DNA from: Octopus bimaculoides
Lineage: Eukaryota
Assembly (NCBI RefSeq): GCF_001194135.2
Contig: NC_068987.1
Span: 27,928,427 to 27,967,918, forward strand
Length of the DNA: 39,492 bases
Direction of reading: 5' to 3'
Shown: positions 23,662 to 36,694 of the stretch, piece after piece
Position numbering within the stretch: the first letter of the stretch is position 1
Layout: every line of letters starts with the position of its first letter
Translations under genes and position numbers: made by a program
The notes under the pieces: model-generated
Seen by the model: the letters and a program-made list of their open reading frames with translations, nothing else
Database searches by the model: none
What the model was told of the DNA's origin: nothing

Positions 23662-23917
23662 AAATAACACACTTTTACACTTTTTTACTTGTTTCAGTCT
23701 TTTGACTGCGGCCATGCTGGAGCACCGCCTTTAGTCGAAGAAATCGACCCCAGGACTTATTCTTTGGAAGCCTAGTACTTATTCTATCGGTCTCTTTTGC
23801 CGAACCACTAAGTTACGGGGACATAAACACACCAGCAACGGTTGTCAAGCGATGTTGGGGGGACAAACACAGACATACATACACTGGTATATAATATATA
23901 TATATATATATATATAT
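23662..23917 (-). mobile_element. SINE family 1, 3' half ending at a (TA)n tract
   Basis: CTTTTTTACTTGTTTCAGTC...GGAGCACCGCC...GACAAACACAGAC then (TA)n. Confidence 0.9.
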
Positions 23918-24195
23918 GGGAGAATTTATGAAAAAAACAACAGACGAGGACAGGTGGTGTAAAAAACAAAAGGATGTATTAGTTTAACGCTCGGGAATAG
24001 AGAAAATCTTTAACGTTTCGAGCTACGCTCTTCAGCAGAAAGAAATAAGGAGAAAAACAAGGAGAAAAAAATTTAGTGGTCAGTGATCTATCATGGCAAC
24101 TGCAGGACAGAAAGTTCACACAGGAGAGCTAAGAAAAAGGGGAGATAACAAAGGGGAAAGACGTGGTGAACCCAAATACGAGAAGCTGTATGACC

Positions 24196-24196
<1 letters not shown>
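23918..24196 (-). mobile_element. Penelope-derived non-autonomous fragment with a hammerhead-like motif, flanked by (TA)n on both sides
   Basis: (TA)n at 23893-23917 and about 24197-24242; contains TTTAACGTTTCGAGCTACGCTCTTCAGCAGAAAG. Confidence 0.55.
24007..24043 (-). ncRNA. Minimal hammerhead-like motif (A6C core variant)
   Basis: Minus strand TCTTT-CTGCTGA-A-GAGC(GTA)GCTC-GAAA-CG-TT-AAAGA: 5-bp stem I, 4-bp stem II, palindromic AACGTT. Confidence 0.45.
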
Positions 24197-24244
<48 letters not shown>

Positions 24245-25427
24245 CAATATATCAGTGTTTGCCAATGGAAAAAGACTACAAATTAGAAATTAATAGTATT
24301 ATTATTAAAAAACAAACTCATTTGAATTTACTATTTATAATTACACAAGAGTCATTTTATCAATATACATTAATACCACATTTAAACAGAAAATATTTTG
24401 TTGGAGTCATACGAAGACAATCTTCAAGTTTATCTATCCAAAAGGGTATTTTAACCCAATACTTACATGCTATTATTTATAGCTTTATATGTACTTCGAG
24501 AATCATTTCCAAAAAAGGAAATATTTGGATTAATAATATTTGATCTTCAACAACATAAGTTATCATTCTTTTTCAGCAATATAAATAAACATTTCATAGT
24601 TATAAATCCTAATGATATCCTATGCTTAGGCACAAAAATAACTTTGCAGAAGTAGTGTATATACTAAACTGAATCAACCTTGATATATTACAATTGCTCA
24701 TAATATTGATTTTTCAGAGATTGATGAAAAAAAAATTATATCAGCCTCAGCTATAATGGAATTGCAAAGTATACACTAAAATTTACACTATCGAGAATCT
24801 ATTCTATTCAGCTATTTATTCTATCATTTATACTGCTTTAACGATTACATACTATGATATGTATGCCAGCCTCTTAAGCTTCTACAATCAAAACAAAAAT
24901 TAAATTATTTTATTCAAGAGGAGGATCTAATAGTGATTCAGAAATGTTTGTTCTAGCAGTGTATTTCATAGTGATTCAGAGATAGAATTCTGATAAGAAA
25001 TTTACTACTGTAAAGTATAAATATAATCAGTTAATTCAGCAGTTTTGCCGGGAACATAACACTTATTCTAATATTTATATTGCTAAATAAGTAGCAAACA
25101 CCTAATGAGCTGAATCAGCAACTATGAAGTAATGCTTACATTTCAGTAAGACATAAATACAATAGAATTTTATTTCCCTTTTAGTATTATTCCAAATCCT
25201 TGTAGCTATGTAAAAAAAAATCACCATATTTACATGATGCAAATTAATAAAATATAGGAAAGGAGATACTGCACACACATCCAGGTATATAAAACCAATG
25301 AAAAGAAATATTGGGATGGCTATATATAGTTAATGACTAACATTTTCATTCCAATCAGCAATTAAGTGTTAAATTTTACTTCAATATGTATGAAGATGAC
25401 CTCTGAAGAATACTTACAAGTATTTGG

Positions 25428-25682
25428 TAACTCTTTTACTCTTTTACTTGTTTCAGTCATTTGAATGTGACCATGCTGGAGCACCGCCTTTAGTCGAGTA
25501 AATCGACCCCAGGACTTATTCTTTGTAAGCCTAGTACTTATTCTATCAGTCTCTTTTGCCGAACCGCTAAGTTACAGAGATGTAAACACACCAGCATCGG
25601 TTGTCAAGTGATGCTGGGGGGGGGGACAAACACAGATACTCAAACTTATACACACACAAACATATATATATATATATATATA
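25428..25682 (-). mobile_element. SINE family 1, 3' half running into (TA)n and an assembly gap
   Basis: Matches the family; the gap 25683-25861 is followed by TATGATGGGCTTCT, the next family segment. Confidence 0.9.
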
Positions 25683-25889
25683 NNNNNNNNNNNNNNNNNN
25701 NNNNNNNNNNNNNNNNNNNNNNNNNNNNNNNNNNNNNNNNNNNNNNNNNNNNNNNNNNNNNNNNNNNNNNNNNNNNNNNNNNNNNNNNNNNNNNNNNNNN
25801 NNNNNNNNNNNNNNNNNNNNNNNNNNNNNNNNNNNNNNNNNNNNNNNNNNNNNNNNNNNNNTATGATGGGCTTCTAAAGATCAAGTGAT

Positions 25890-26250
25890 AATGATGAAAG
25901 GGTGAGAGACATATGTGATACATAAGTTGAGGTAGAGGTAGTTCAGAGGAGTAGAGGCTGTTGTAAAAATAATAAAATAGATAGGAGAGTTAGATATTGA
26001 AGAACCTTGGTGAGTGAATGTTTGCCAACCAGAAACCAGATATAAGAGAGAGCCTCAGGGTATTGGAGAAGGCAATTATTAACCTTTGTTTTCAATATTT
26101 CTATGTAATTGGAAATAAAAATGGGAAGTTAATAGCCAGAAGAAATAAAAACGTTTTCTTTTGGCTGATGGGGCACCCTGTTGTATGTTTTCAAAAACTG
26201 AGACAGATCTTAGTTATGCTAAAAACATTGCAATTGAAGGGATAATTTCA
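25890..26250 (-). mobile_element. Possible decayed CR1/L2-type RT fragment
   Basis: Purine-rich + strand; minus frames loosely resemble the PTLFLIF.ND and IE..G motifs. Confidence 0.25.
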
Positions 26251-27559
26251 AAGTCAGTGAGCCAAATTCTTGAAATTTGAACATGAAATTAATGATTGGT
26301 ATGTAATTCTTGAATAATTCCTTTATTTTTGATAAATTTCAGTTCAAGACAACTTTAACTCAATGCATTGCACTTTTTGATACAAAAAGAAAAAGAAAGA
26401 AAGAAAAATCCCACCAATCACCATATTTTCATGAACATACATTTTGAAAGTCATCGTAAATTCTAATAACTTCATATGAACTAATCATGTGTACAGACTT
26501 ATTTTGTAGTAAGATACAATCTGTCTATAAACTGTGATTAGGGAGGAAGAGGTTTTGTTGACAGGATATGCATAATTGGCAGGAACAGTAATTTAAGATA
26601 CACACTTACACAATACTTATTTTGCTCTTATGAATGTTATGTTGGTTCAAGCAGATATTTGCTTATATCTTGTAAGTCATTAATATTTATTGAAACAATA
26701 TCTTATTCCATTGTAACCTGCTATGTTTATAAAAATGTAATAAGTGCATAAAATTGAATAAAATAAATAGAAAGCAATCTAATAATGTTCAAATTATTTT
26801 AAAATCTAAATTGTAGAATGAGTTACATATTTAAACTGTTGTAAATATCTCTTAGATTGTATGGTTGTTCAAGCATTTTATTGTCAATAGAATATGTTAT
26901 TCTTTTGTTGCAGCCCAAAGCTGAAATATTTTCTAATTTCCTTGATTGTTACTCAACCTTCTTCATTATAAATATTGAACAGTGAATGTCAAACAGTATT
27001 TTGAAATTATCATAACTTTAAAAGCTTATAGATTTGAGGAGTTGACATTCATAAACAAATATATTTTGAGAATAGCATTCAATGTTACTAAGTACATATT
27101 TTTACAAATTTCTAGATTATAGCCTTAAGATAACAGCTTAATGTTCAAATTTTTCTTTATATTCAAGAAATTATTTCACATAAATTTCACTTAACATTCA
27201 AGTGTTCATCTCTGGTGTCATTTTAGAACACAGTTCTCTTTGAGCACTACAATGGACACAACAAACATCTACTTACCAGTATCACATTATTAAACACTTA
27301 CCATTATAATGTTCCACTCAAGTCAATGAATTATTTCTTTCAATTTTAGGACATCTCTGTTAATTAATTACGTTATTTCTTGCTATCATAAGGCTACTTT
27401 AGTCACTTAATACTAGTTCTGAGTATACACTTTATGAACACCTATCAGGAGATGAGTAATGTTTGCCTTTTTAGAAGATATTCAAAGTTTTTGGTTTCGT
27501 AGGCAAGATGAAAGAAGAAGTATATTTTGTTTATTGATACCTGTATTACAACCTATCCT

Positions 27560-27895
27560 GATCTATGTGGCAAAAGTTTCTTCCGCAAGCATGAGTAGGT
27601 GGCAAAGAAGAAGCTTTAATTCAAATACCATCATGAGTGATATCCAGACTACAGTGGAGAAGGCAAACCACTGGATTTGGTTAAAAAGAGAATGATGAGT
27701 AATGGCTAGAAGAATATTGAGTGGAACCTAGTAACCAGTTGATCTAACAAGCATGACCTCAATGTGAGGGCTGGTACGCAATGATGCTGTCAAGAGGAAG
27801 GCCCCAAAATGGTGTGTATTCTATCTTGATGACCTCATAAGCCTGCTAGCTTTCAACAAGTAGCATTTGCATCTGCAAGTTGTTGGCAAAAACTG
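27560..27895 (+). mobile_element. Second HERO-like 3' remnant, homologous to 2215-2510 (inverted)
   Basis: DIQTTVEKANHWIWLKRE; nucleotide matches AGGCAAACCACTGGATTT.GTTAAAA, CTAGAAGAATATTGAG, GCAATGATGC.GT and TGCAAGTTGTT.GCAAAAA. Confidence 0.75.
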
Positions 27896-28094
27896 TAGAC
27901 AGTAGATATATGTTATCATGCATAACGAGGTGATTGTTTTTCTGATTACAAAAATGGTAGTGGCATATAAGCTTTATTACCCTTATTGTGTAATATTATA
28001 TGATCCTTACAAAACTATTTAACATTAGTCAGTTATGTGAAGTTGTTTTTCTGAAAATTTCCTTAACAGCTTAATATACTAAAGTGGATGATAC

Positions 28095-28340
28095 ATATAA
28101 TGATGATGTTGACGACGACGATGATGTTGATGAGGATGATGACGAGGATGATGACGACGAACAACATCATCATGTAATGTCTGTTTTTCATGCTGGCTGG
28201 GTGGTTCAACGGAGTCTGACAAGCTGCAGAATCAGTGTCAGGCCCAGTATTGACCTTAACATGGTTTCTATTGCTAGATACCCCTCCTAACCTAGTGTGT
28301 ACTGAGTGCTTTTTTTTTGTGCCACCAGCACTAGTGTTTG
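28095..28340 (-). mobile_element. (GAT/GAC)n tract abutting a decayed RTE-type 3' end
   Basis: CATCATCATGTAATGTCTGTTTTTCATGCTGG...GCTAGATACCCCTCCTAACC. Confidence 0.55.
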
Positions 28341-28572
28341 ACAAGATGGAGTAAAGAAAGGAAAAGAAGAAGCCTACTCAACAGAGAGAGTACTAGAGAG
28401 GGAGAAATGGCTTTATGCCTGGTGAAACCTAAAATATGATACATTTTTTACATATTTCAGTCATAGAATTGCAGCTCTACTGGAGCACTGCCTCAAAAGA
28501 TTTATCAAAAAATCAAACCCAGTACAGTTTTCAAACAGCTCTAAATGTGAATAAATCATGCTTTATATATAT

Positions 28573-28858
28573 ATCATCATCATCATCGTTTAACATCCGC
28601 TTTCCATGCTAGCATGGGTTGGACGATTTGACTGAGGACTGGTGAGCCAGATGGCTACACCAGGCTCCAATCTGATTTTGCAGAGTTTCTACAGGTGGAT
28701 GCCCTTCCTAACACCAACCACTCCAAGAGTGTAGTGGGTGCTTTTACGTGCCACCGCCTAGAAGGCCAGTCAGGTGATACTGGCAACGACCATGCTCAAA
28801 AAGGTGTATTTTATGTGCCACCTGCACAGGAGCCAGTCCAGCGATACTGGCAACGACC
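28573..28858 (-). mobile_element. RTE-type 3' end / RTE-tailed SINE, fairly young
   Basis: (CAT)n-CGTTTAACATCCGCTTTCCATGCTAGCATGGGTTGGACG...GGATGCCCTTCCTAACACCAACC. Confidence 0.85.
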
Positions 28859-28912
<54 letters not shown>

Positions 28913-31530
28913 GATAGATAGATAGATATATATAAAGCCTGATTTATTCGTGATCAGGGGTATTTGTAAACCAAGGTGCTACTGTATTAAATGAATATGT
29001 GAAAGACAGGAGATAAAGTACGATTTATTCATGATCGGAGTTGTTTGAAAACCGAGATTCTACTGTACTTATTTTTCAGTCTGGTTACTCATGATAAGGG
29101 CTTCTTTTTATGAACTGCTAAGTTACAGGGACATAAATATACCAATATCAGTTTATCGATATGATGTCTAACATTTACATCAGTATCTAAATATAATCAA
29201 AGGCTTCAATTAAAACATTCCAGTAACTAGAAACTGTGAGTAAAAATTATCATGTATACATTGTGTTCTAGCAACACCAAAATAAATATATCCAATATTC
29301 CACTTTTATTGCTTGTTCATGAAAGCTAAATTTTAATACCATGTAAATTGTGCTTTAGATTCTGTCAGTCTTTTATTATTAACTGGTGGTCTGTTCATTG
29401 TTTAAAATACTTCTTCCTGATCAGTTATATTTTAGTCTTGCTCCCATTACTTTTTTTACTCTCTAACTGTTTTCCTTCAAAGCAACTCAATATATGTCTT
29501 AATTATATACAGACCAACTATGAGTTGTCAGCTACAAAATTCATACAGTCTCTCAATTTCCTGGAAATCAGACTGCCTCATGGTTCCAGCAGACAAAATG
29601 GAAAAGGCATTTCCCCGAAGGATGGTGAGGAAAATGTGCTCAAACACCTGCTCTGACTCACAAGGCTCACACTTGCTCACACTTTCAGTGTTTCTAAACA
29701 TGCATGCACATAATTCTTGTACATCTTTGCCCTATTTCTATATCAACTACAGTCTTGTTTCATATCTCATGTGTTCTCATAAAAGAGTGATGTGGTTCTG
29801 TGAACTATGAAAAAGGCAACAAGTTTGGCAGAATATATTCACAATTAGATAATTTGTATAAAACAGGAGGAAGTTGGCTCTTTGGAAGACAAACTTTTCA
29901 GTAATAGTGCTAGTAGAGAGGTAAAGATACCCAGCCATTTCTGTCACATTAAGAATACCTAACCTTCAAATGACTGATCCACCATATTCCAGCAAAGATA
30001 GAAAGCGATTATATTAATGATGGCGATAGAAATTAAAAATCACTGCGAAAAAGAGAAAGTAATGATAAAAGGTAAGGTTGACATGAAAAGATGCAGTAAA
30101 CAAGAGGAAAATACACACAAAAAAGAAAAATACTATTTCACAATGTGAACTTCCAGTGAATATGTACTTATTTATACACCTTTATTCAGAGGTAAGAGAA
30201 CCAAATGGATATATTGTTGGTCTAATTGATTTTGATCAAGAGCTGTTATTATAGTTACACCAAATGCAGTTCTAGCACATAAGTAAATTGCTGAAGCAAA
30301 GTGGCTTCAATATGAACTGGCTCAAGATTTAAAACTTCTGGAGAGAATTTGATTATAATCACTGATCCTCAGGCAAATTTCGTAAAGCAATATGCATTTC
30401 ATTAAGACATGATTTCATGTTACTGAAGCTAAATCTACTGTTAATATCTCATTATTTTACATTATTCCAGTTTACATAATTATGAATAAATGCCTATATG
30501 TTCACTTGACACCAAAAAATAGCAGTCAAATCTCTTTCAACCAATGTCTTCTCAATAAGGTTTACCAATAGTTAACCAACAACAACATACTTGACCCCCA
30601 GGAAATCATAAGAAAGCTTAATGATTTGTTCAGGAGCTTATTTCTCATGCACTTAAATATGAAACCGTAATGAGAAACTTATATCTCATACACTCAACTA
30701 TGGAACTGGAATGAACTCTGAAAGCCTCTTTGTGCTTCAAACATTAGCATTATACACATGTATGTGAATTAGCTATTCATCTCATGTGAACCTCAAGCTC
30801 CACACGTTTCCAATTATAAAAAATTCTATAATAATACATAAAACTAAAAATATTCCATATCTGTTGATATGATTAATATTATATTTTAGAATTCAAACTA
30901 AGGCATCTGTTAACTTGCATTCAATGCCAGTACAGAAAATACTACTTGAATTATTTAATGTACTAATGTAAAGTTTATACAGTTAAGATAATACACAAAT
31001 ATTGTCTTATCAAAATATAAATGGTAAAAGAATAAAATAAGTTCTTCTGTTCCTGAAATACTGCAATTGTAATAATAAACTATCAATATAGAATGATAAT
31101 ATGTGATTATGAAAGTGTTTACATTCTGCATTACATCTTAAATCCTTTCATACTGGTTAACTTTTTACAAGTTGATTATGCAGCAGATAAACTGTTATAG
31201 CTTACACCAGGTAAGTTCAAAGGTCATTTTCAAATTTGCTTTTAGTGTTCAGGATATGTGATATTTTGCAGTGCAGATACAATGATCTAACTAAATATTT
31301 CTTCTTCTTTAATACATCATAACACTAAAATACTAAAAGGAAAAAGATGCATTGTACATGAAAGATATTTTTCTTGGGATTTCATACCTCATTATTTGTG
31401 ATTCACATCATACACAAGCATGCATACTATTTGTGGGTTTAGCTATTATCTATAATACGATAATGTTTCAGCACAGTGAAGCATATTAGAGTGTTAATTA
31501 GAAGTGATATTTTAGTGTGTATTAGCTTAC

Positions 31531-31683
31531 ATATGCTGAATAATCTAAAGCTGTAATAGTTGAATGAGTAAGCAAATTGGAACAAATACTGCAACACTTT
31601 TTCAGGGAGTTTAACATTGTCTTTCATCAACTCAACTTCAGGGGGTCTAGGCTTTCTGAACCAAGACATTAAAAATACTATTT
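31531..31683 (-). CDS. Internal coding exon of an unidentified - strand gene ((E)IVFLMSWFRKPRPPEVELMKDNVKLPEKVLQYLFQFAYSFNYYSFRLFSI)
   Basis: TTTATTTTAG acceptor, T|GTAAGC donor, 153 bp symmetric phase 1-1, open frame; weak F-box-like spacing LP..VL..LF...IC. Confidence 0.6.
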
Positions 31684-31883
31684 CTAAAATAAACGTTGCT
31701 TAAAATCAAGATTACAAAACAAACCTGGATCTTCACCATTTACTTCTTTTAGATAACCATAAATGTATCTTATAGAAGTCAACTTGCAAAAATCAACTCC
31801 AACCTTTTTGCTTGGTAACTTTATATATTGGCTGGGCATTCTTCCCAAAAGCATGTTAAAAACAGTAATGTGTGTAAGATATG

Positions 31884-31921
<38 letters not shown>

Positions 31922-33521
31922 AGTTGCCAAATACATAATCAATAAATGAGATTGCAAATATCTGCTAGAAATGCAAGCAATTGATAATATATGTGTATTT
32001 TTGTAAAATTTGATCAGAAAAAGAAGCTATATGTTAAAATTGTTTAAAGTTGTGAATGACTTAACAGCAGGAAACCTGAAATATATTTTACATACTCATC
32101 TCTGTGCACTACATAACCATAGTTACAGATTCGTTCTCAAAGGTCACCTGGACTAAATCTTCATATTTCAATATTTAGGGTATCAATAACAGATTGTATT
32201 TCATAGTTTTGTTCTCAGCTGGTGGCCAGACAGTATAATAAGATGAGGAAGAGTATAAATAAATCTCTCATTTTGTTATCATGCAACTCTTTCTCTATGC
32301 CCATGAATATCATTAAGACATATAATTGAATTCATTTGTAAATAAATGCATGCAAACATGTGTGCCCGAGCGAGTGTGTATGTATGTGTGTGTAGCAGGA
32401 TATATAAATAAATGCATGCAAATGCACTTATAGAATATACTGTATGTATGTATTTGTAAATGAGTATGTATCAGCATGCTCATTATTACGATCAGCTCCA
32501 TCATTACCATTATCACTACATTCATAACCTTTACCAGCCGGTACCATCATCATCATAGGATACAGAAAAAATATGAATCAATAAATGAATCATTTAATAA
32601 AAATTAGTTTATTTTAAATTACTTTTCCATTGAAATTTAATGGAAACAGATTTTGTGTGTTTTGAATGATATTTGCTTTTACTTTGGTTGTTTTTTTTTT
32701 TTTGGTTGTTACTTTTATGTTTGTTGGTAATTAATTAAAGTGTGAGTTATTTTTCTCAAGCCATCAATAATGTACAAGATTTGGTGATATAATACAAATT
32801 TAGACACAACTGGAAAAAAGCTAAGCTGAGTAGAACAAAAGACAAATATAAGTTTCTCATGATGTTATTTTCACAATCTTAATTAATAAATGTTATCTTG
32901 ATTTCTAAATTGATAAAATATACTAACAGAATTCGTGTAACCTTAATTAAAACTATATCTAAGATAATGTAGTTAAATCATTATGCAATACAGGATATAC
33001 AACAACAATAATTCATAGTTTTATAACTTTTTCATATTACAACTTGTAGTGTAATATAAATATGTTTGCACTTCAGATAGAATCTGCTGATTGTGTCCTC
33101 AAAAGAACTATTTAATCAGTCTAATTCACCTACAGTTTAATGAACTAAATGCGTAGTTCTCATAAGCTAATCTTCAAAATCTTTTATCACCCTTATAATC
33201 AGTAATATTGCTTCAATGCAGGCATGAAGTTGACAACTGTTCAAAATAACAAAATTTCATGTAACTTGACTCCACATCACTTCATCTGTATAAGAACCCT
33301 CCATTAATAATTATGTCAAATTACTTATTTACAAAGTAAAGGGAATTACTGAGAGTCTACATCAGCAATTAATGAATATAAGCAGTTCAAATGTGTCATA
33401 AATTAGCTTATGATGAGGAAAAGGAAAAGTCTCCTGTATCATGCAATACCTTTCATTGGAGGGTAATGTTTTTGGTGGTACCCAGTGAACAAAGATTTAA
33501 CTCCCAATTAATCTATTCAGT

Positions 33522-33906
33522 GTGGAGGCGCAATGGCCCAGTGGTTAGGGCAGCGGACTCGCGGTCATAGGATCGCGGTTTCGATTCCCAGACTGGGCGT
33601 TGTGAGTGTTTATTAAGTGAAAATACCTAAAGCTCCACGAGGCTCCGTCAGGGGATGGTGGCGAACCCTGCTGTACTCTTTCACCACAAACTTTCTCTCA
33701 CTCTTACTTCCTGTTTCTGTTGTGCCTGTAATTCAAATGGTCAGCCTTGTCACACTGTGTCACGCTGAATATCCCCGAGAACTACAGTAAGGGCATGCGT
33801 GTCTGTGGAGTGCTCAGCCACTTACACGCTAATTTCATGAGCAGGCTGTTCCGTTGATCGGATCAACTGGAACCCTCGAAGTCGTAAGTGACGAAGTGCC
33901 AACAAC
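33522..33906 (+). mobile_element. Young full-length tRNA(Arg)-like SINE (family 2; probably Octopus OR-type)
   Basis: A box TGGCCCAGTGG, B box GGTTTCGATTCC, (AAC)n tail, perfect 12-bp TSD AATCTATTCAGT at 33510-33521 and 33907-33918. Confidence 0.9.
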
Positions 33907-34035
33907 AATCTATTCAGTATCATTAGAAAACATCATTCTCTGAAGAAGACAACTACCCAGCATGTAAGATATTTTCACCCTCACTGTGCCATAAACTAAT
34001 ATATTTCTCTTTTTTGAACCACCATTTTTTTTTAC

Positions 34036-34074
34036 CTTTCTAATGAAAAAAAAGTCATTATTTTATTAGAACAT
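34036..34074 (-). CDS. Weak candidate micro-exon (CSNKIMTFFSLE)
   Basis: Very long pyrimidine tract + TTTAG, AAG|GTAAAA donor, 39 bp phase 2-2. Confidence 0.25.
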
Positions 34075-35506
34075 CTAAATACAAAGAAACCAGAAAGAAG
34101 AGAGATAAGAAAGGCAAAGAAAGGGAAAAAGTGGCAGGTAAAGCAGTGGAAGATAGAAGGGCGGGGGCAATGGGCAACTTATCCCAGAACAAATGGTTTG
34201 TTGAGCCACACCCCATGGTAATAACTGTGATGGTGTTGCCATGGAGAATGGCCAGCAACACTCACTTCAGCAGTAACTCCATCTTGTACTTATTTATAGT
34301 TACTTTATTGGGTGGGTTTTTCTCTTTAGTGATACTGTATATCACTTAAAAAAATAACATGCTAAATATTTTGTTATTCTTGTATCATTTACTTTCATTG
34401 TCTTGGTACTCATTTATTGAAATTCTTTACAATGTTTTAAATACTTGTCTATGCTTTTTCTATCTATAACCACATCATAATTATTGCATCTAATCCTTTC
34501 AGAATTATTGAGAGAAATTATACTCTGTGAATTAATGCAGTGATCTCATAGACAACCAAAGAAATTAATTTTCATGTAACAATGAGGAAAATAAAGGAAA
34601 ACTGTATCTGGCTTAACACAAACATTATATCTGAGCATGGACTTTTAAATCTTCATGTCAATAATCCATCTTCTTAACCTCAAAACTGTTGTGCCACAAC
34701 ACTTGTAAATACATTTATTGACATCTAAAGGAATAAAAATGTTCACATCTAAATTATTGTTGTGATAACATAAATATTGATTTACCCTCATACAGAACAT
34801 TTTAAGAGCAAATAATGTAAAAAATAAAAAAAGAAATGCAATAGTAACTTGAGAGAATATATAATAATTATTTTCTAATAGCCACCGGCTGTATAGGTAT
34901 GGTAGTTGAACTATTGATAGGAAACAGAAATTTTGAAATTTGCTGTTGTATTGCCTTGTACTCCTACACAAGTTTGTTTCTTGCAATTTTCACAGTTCTA
35001 CTATTCTGAAAAATACTTTGTTATATAAAGAGCCAGTAACTACTTTGTTTTGAAGTGAGTTGATTATTTTTACTATAAATCATATATGTTTTTAAAATAG
35101 TTAACAAGAATATTTCTATAATTATCAATGGATTATATGACAATTTTTAATTTTAGTTGTAGATGAGCTGACAAAGAATGAAATCTTGTACTTCAAGATC
35201 ATGAGTTTGTAGCAAAGAATTATCTGAATATGTTTATGAAATGAAGTTATATCAAATAGTCGAAAGATATATGTGCTATATAATAATCTATAATGTAAAC
35301 CTTAATTTCAGTTGGTGTAATACATTTGGGTGATTTCTTCACTATTCATGGATGCCATTTTTAAGCTAAAAGGGTACTATTAAAAGATTATTGGTAAGTC
35401 TCATGGTTTGTCATACATATCCAGGCATAAGAGTAGTCAGCTTTACTTAAAACAGGAATTACCTCATATGTGAAATATAGTTCACTCTTTTTCAGGAGAT
35501 ATTTAC

Positions 35507-35565
35507 TACAAAGTAGAAATCTCCAGAAGGCTTAGCTGTATGTGGTTCGAAATTAAAACGATGGA
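35507..35565 (-). CDS. Weak candidate exon (HRFNFEPHTAKPSGDFYFV)
   Basis: TGTGTTTCCTGTTCAG acceptor, GTA|GTAAAT donor, phase 1-0. Confidence 0.25.
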
Positions 35566-35875
35566 CTGAACAGGAAACACAATTTGTAAAGACAGTAGGT
35601 CTTTCAAGAATATTTTCATTATTGTGAGACATTATTTCATTATTGTGAGAGGATTCATCTTCTTATACTTTCTCTTAATCTGACTTAAGCATAAATCTCT
35701 TAAGAAAAACATGGGAAAATCTCTCAATATAGTCATTATTTTTTAATGTTTATTTTGAAAACAGAGTTACACTGGTAATCCAAATATCTTTACAATATGT
35801 AAAATAAATCTCATTTTAAAAAGCATCAGACTTTGACTATTCACATTCATATTTATTAAAAATTTATATTCATTA

Positions 35876-36285
35876 GGCGCAGGAGTGGCTGTGTTGTAAG
35901 TAGCTTGCTTACCAACCACATGGTTCCGGGTTCAGTCCCACTGCATGACACCTTGGGCAAGTGTCTTCTACTATAGCTTCAGGCTGACCAAAGCCTTGTG
36001 AGTGGATTTGGTAGACGGAAACTGAAAGAAGCCCATCGTATATATGTATATATACATATATGTGTGTGTATATGTTTGTGTGTCTGTGTTTATCCCCCCA
36101 GCATCGCTTGACCACCGATAGTGGTGTGTTTACGTCCTCGTAACTTAGCGATTCGGCAAAAGAGACTGATAGAATAAGTACTAGGCTTCCAAAGAATAAG
36201 TCCTGGGGTCGATTTGCGTGACTAAAAAGGCGGTGCTCCAGCATGGCCACAGTCAAATGACAAACAAGTAAAAGAGTAAAGAGTA
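35876..36285 (+). mobile_element. SINE family 1, full-length reference copy (about 410 bp)
   Basis: tRNA-like head, internal (TA)/(TG) tract, AAAGAGT-repeat tail. Confidence 0.92.
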
Positions 36286-36694
36286 TTACCATTTGTTTAG
36301 TTAACATTTATTTTTCCATGCTGAGATAGGTTAGATGAGCTATATCTCAGGTGGGATTTTTATGACCAGATGCTCTTCCTGTTGCCAGTCCCTAGCTCCT
36401 TTGCCAGTCCCTAGCTCCTTTTCAAGTCAGAGATTTATTTTATTCCAGAATGTAGCACTAGCAGACAATCTTATACAGTAAATGCCAACAAACTTTACTA
36501 TTTGCAGCTTAGCTACAAATGGTGATATCAGAAAGTAAATATTCATGCAATCGCACACACACACATGCACACACACACGAATTCCCATAGACACACACAT
36601 TTATATATAATAGGCTTCTATCAATTTTCCATGTACCAAATTCCCACACAAAACATTGGTCAAACTTGGGCTCCAGTAGGAGATAATTGATGTA

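Noticed and set aside
25567-25923. ORFs spanning the N run
   Set aside because: Artefacts of the 179-N assembly gap.
28629-28655. CTGAGGA-CTGG(TGAG)CCAG hammerhead-like start
   Set aside because: No GAAA after stem II; part of a common RTE-type 3' UTR.
31172-31210. + strand micro-exon ending in a perfect CAG|GTAAGT
   Set aside because: Only an atypical AAG acceptor upstream and no link to other exons.
33522-33600. tRNA-Arg gene
   Set aside because: No proper cloverleaf or acceptor stem; it is the head of a 385-bp SINE with a tail and TSD.
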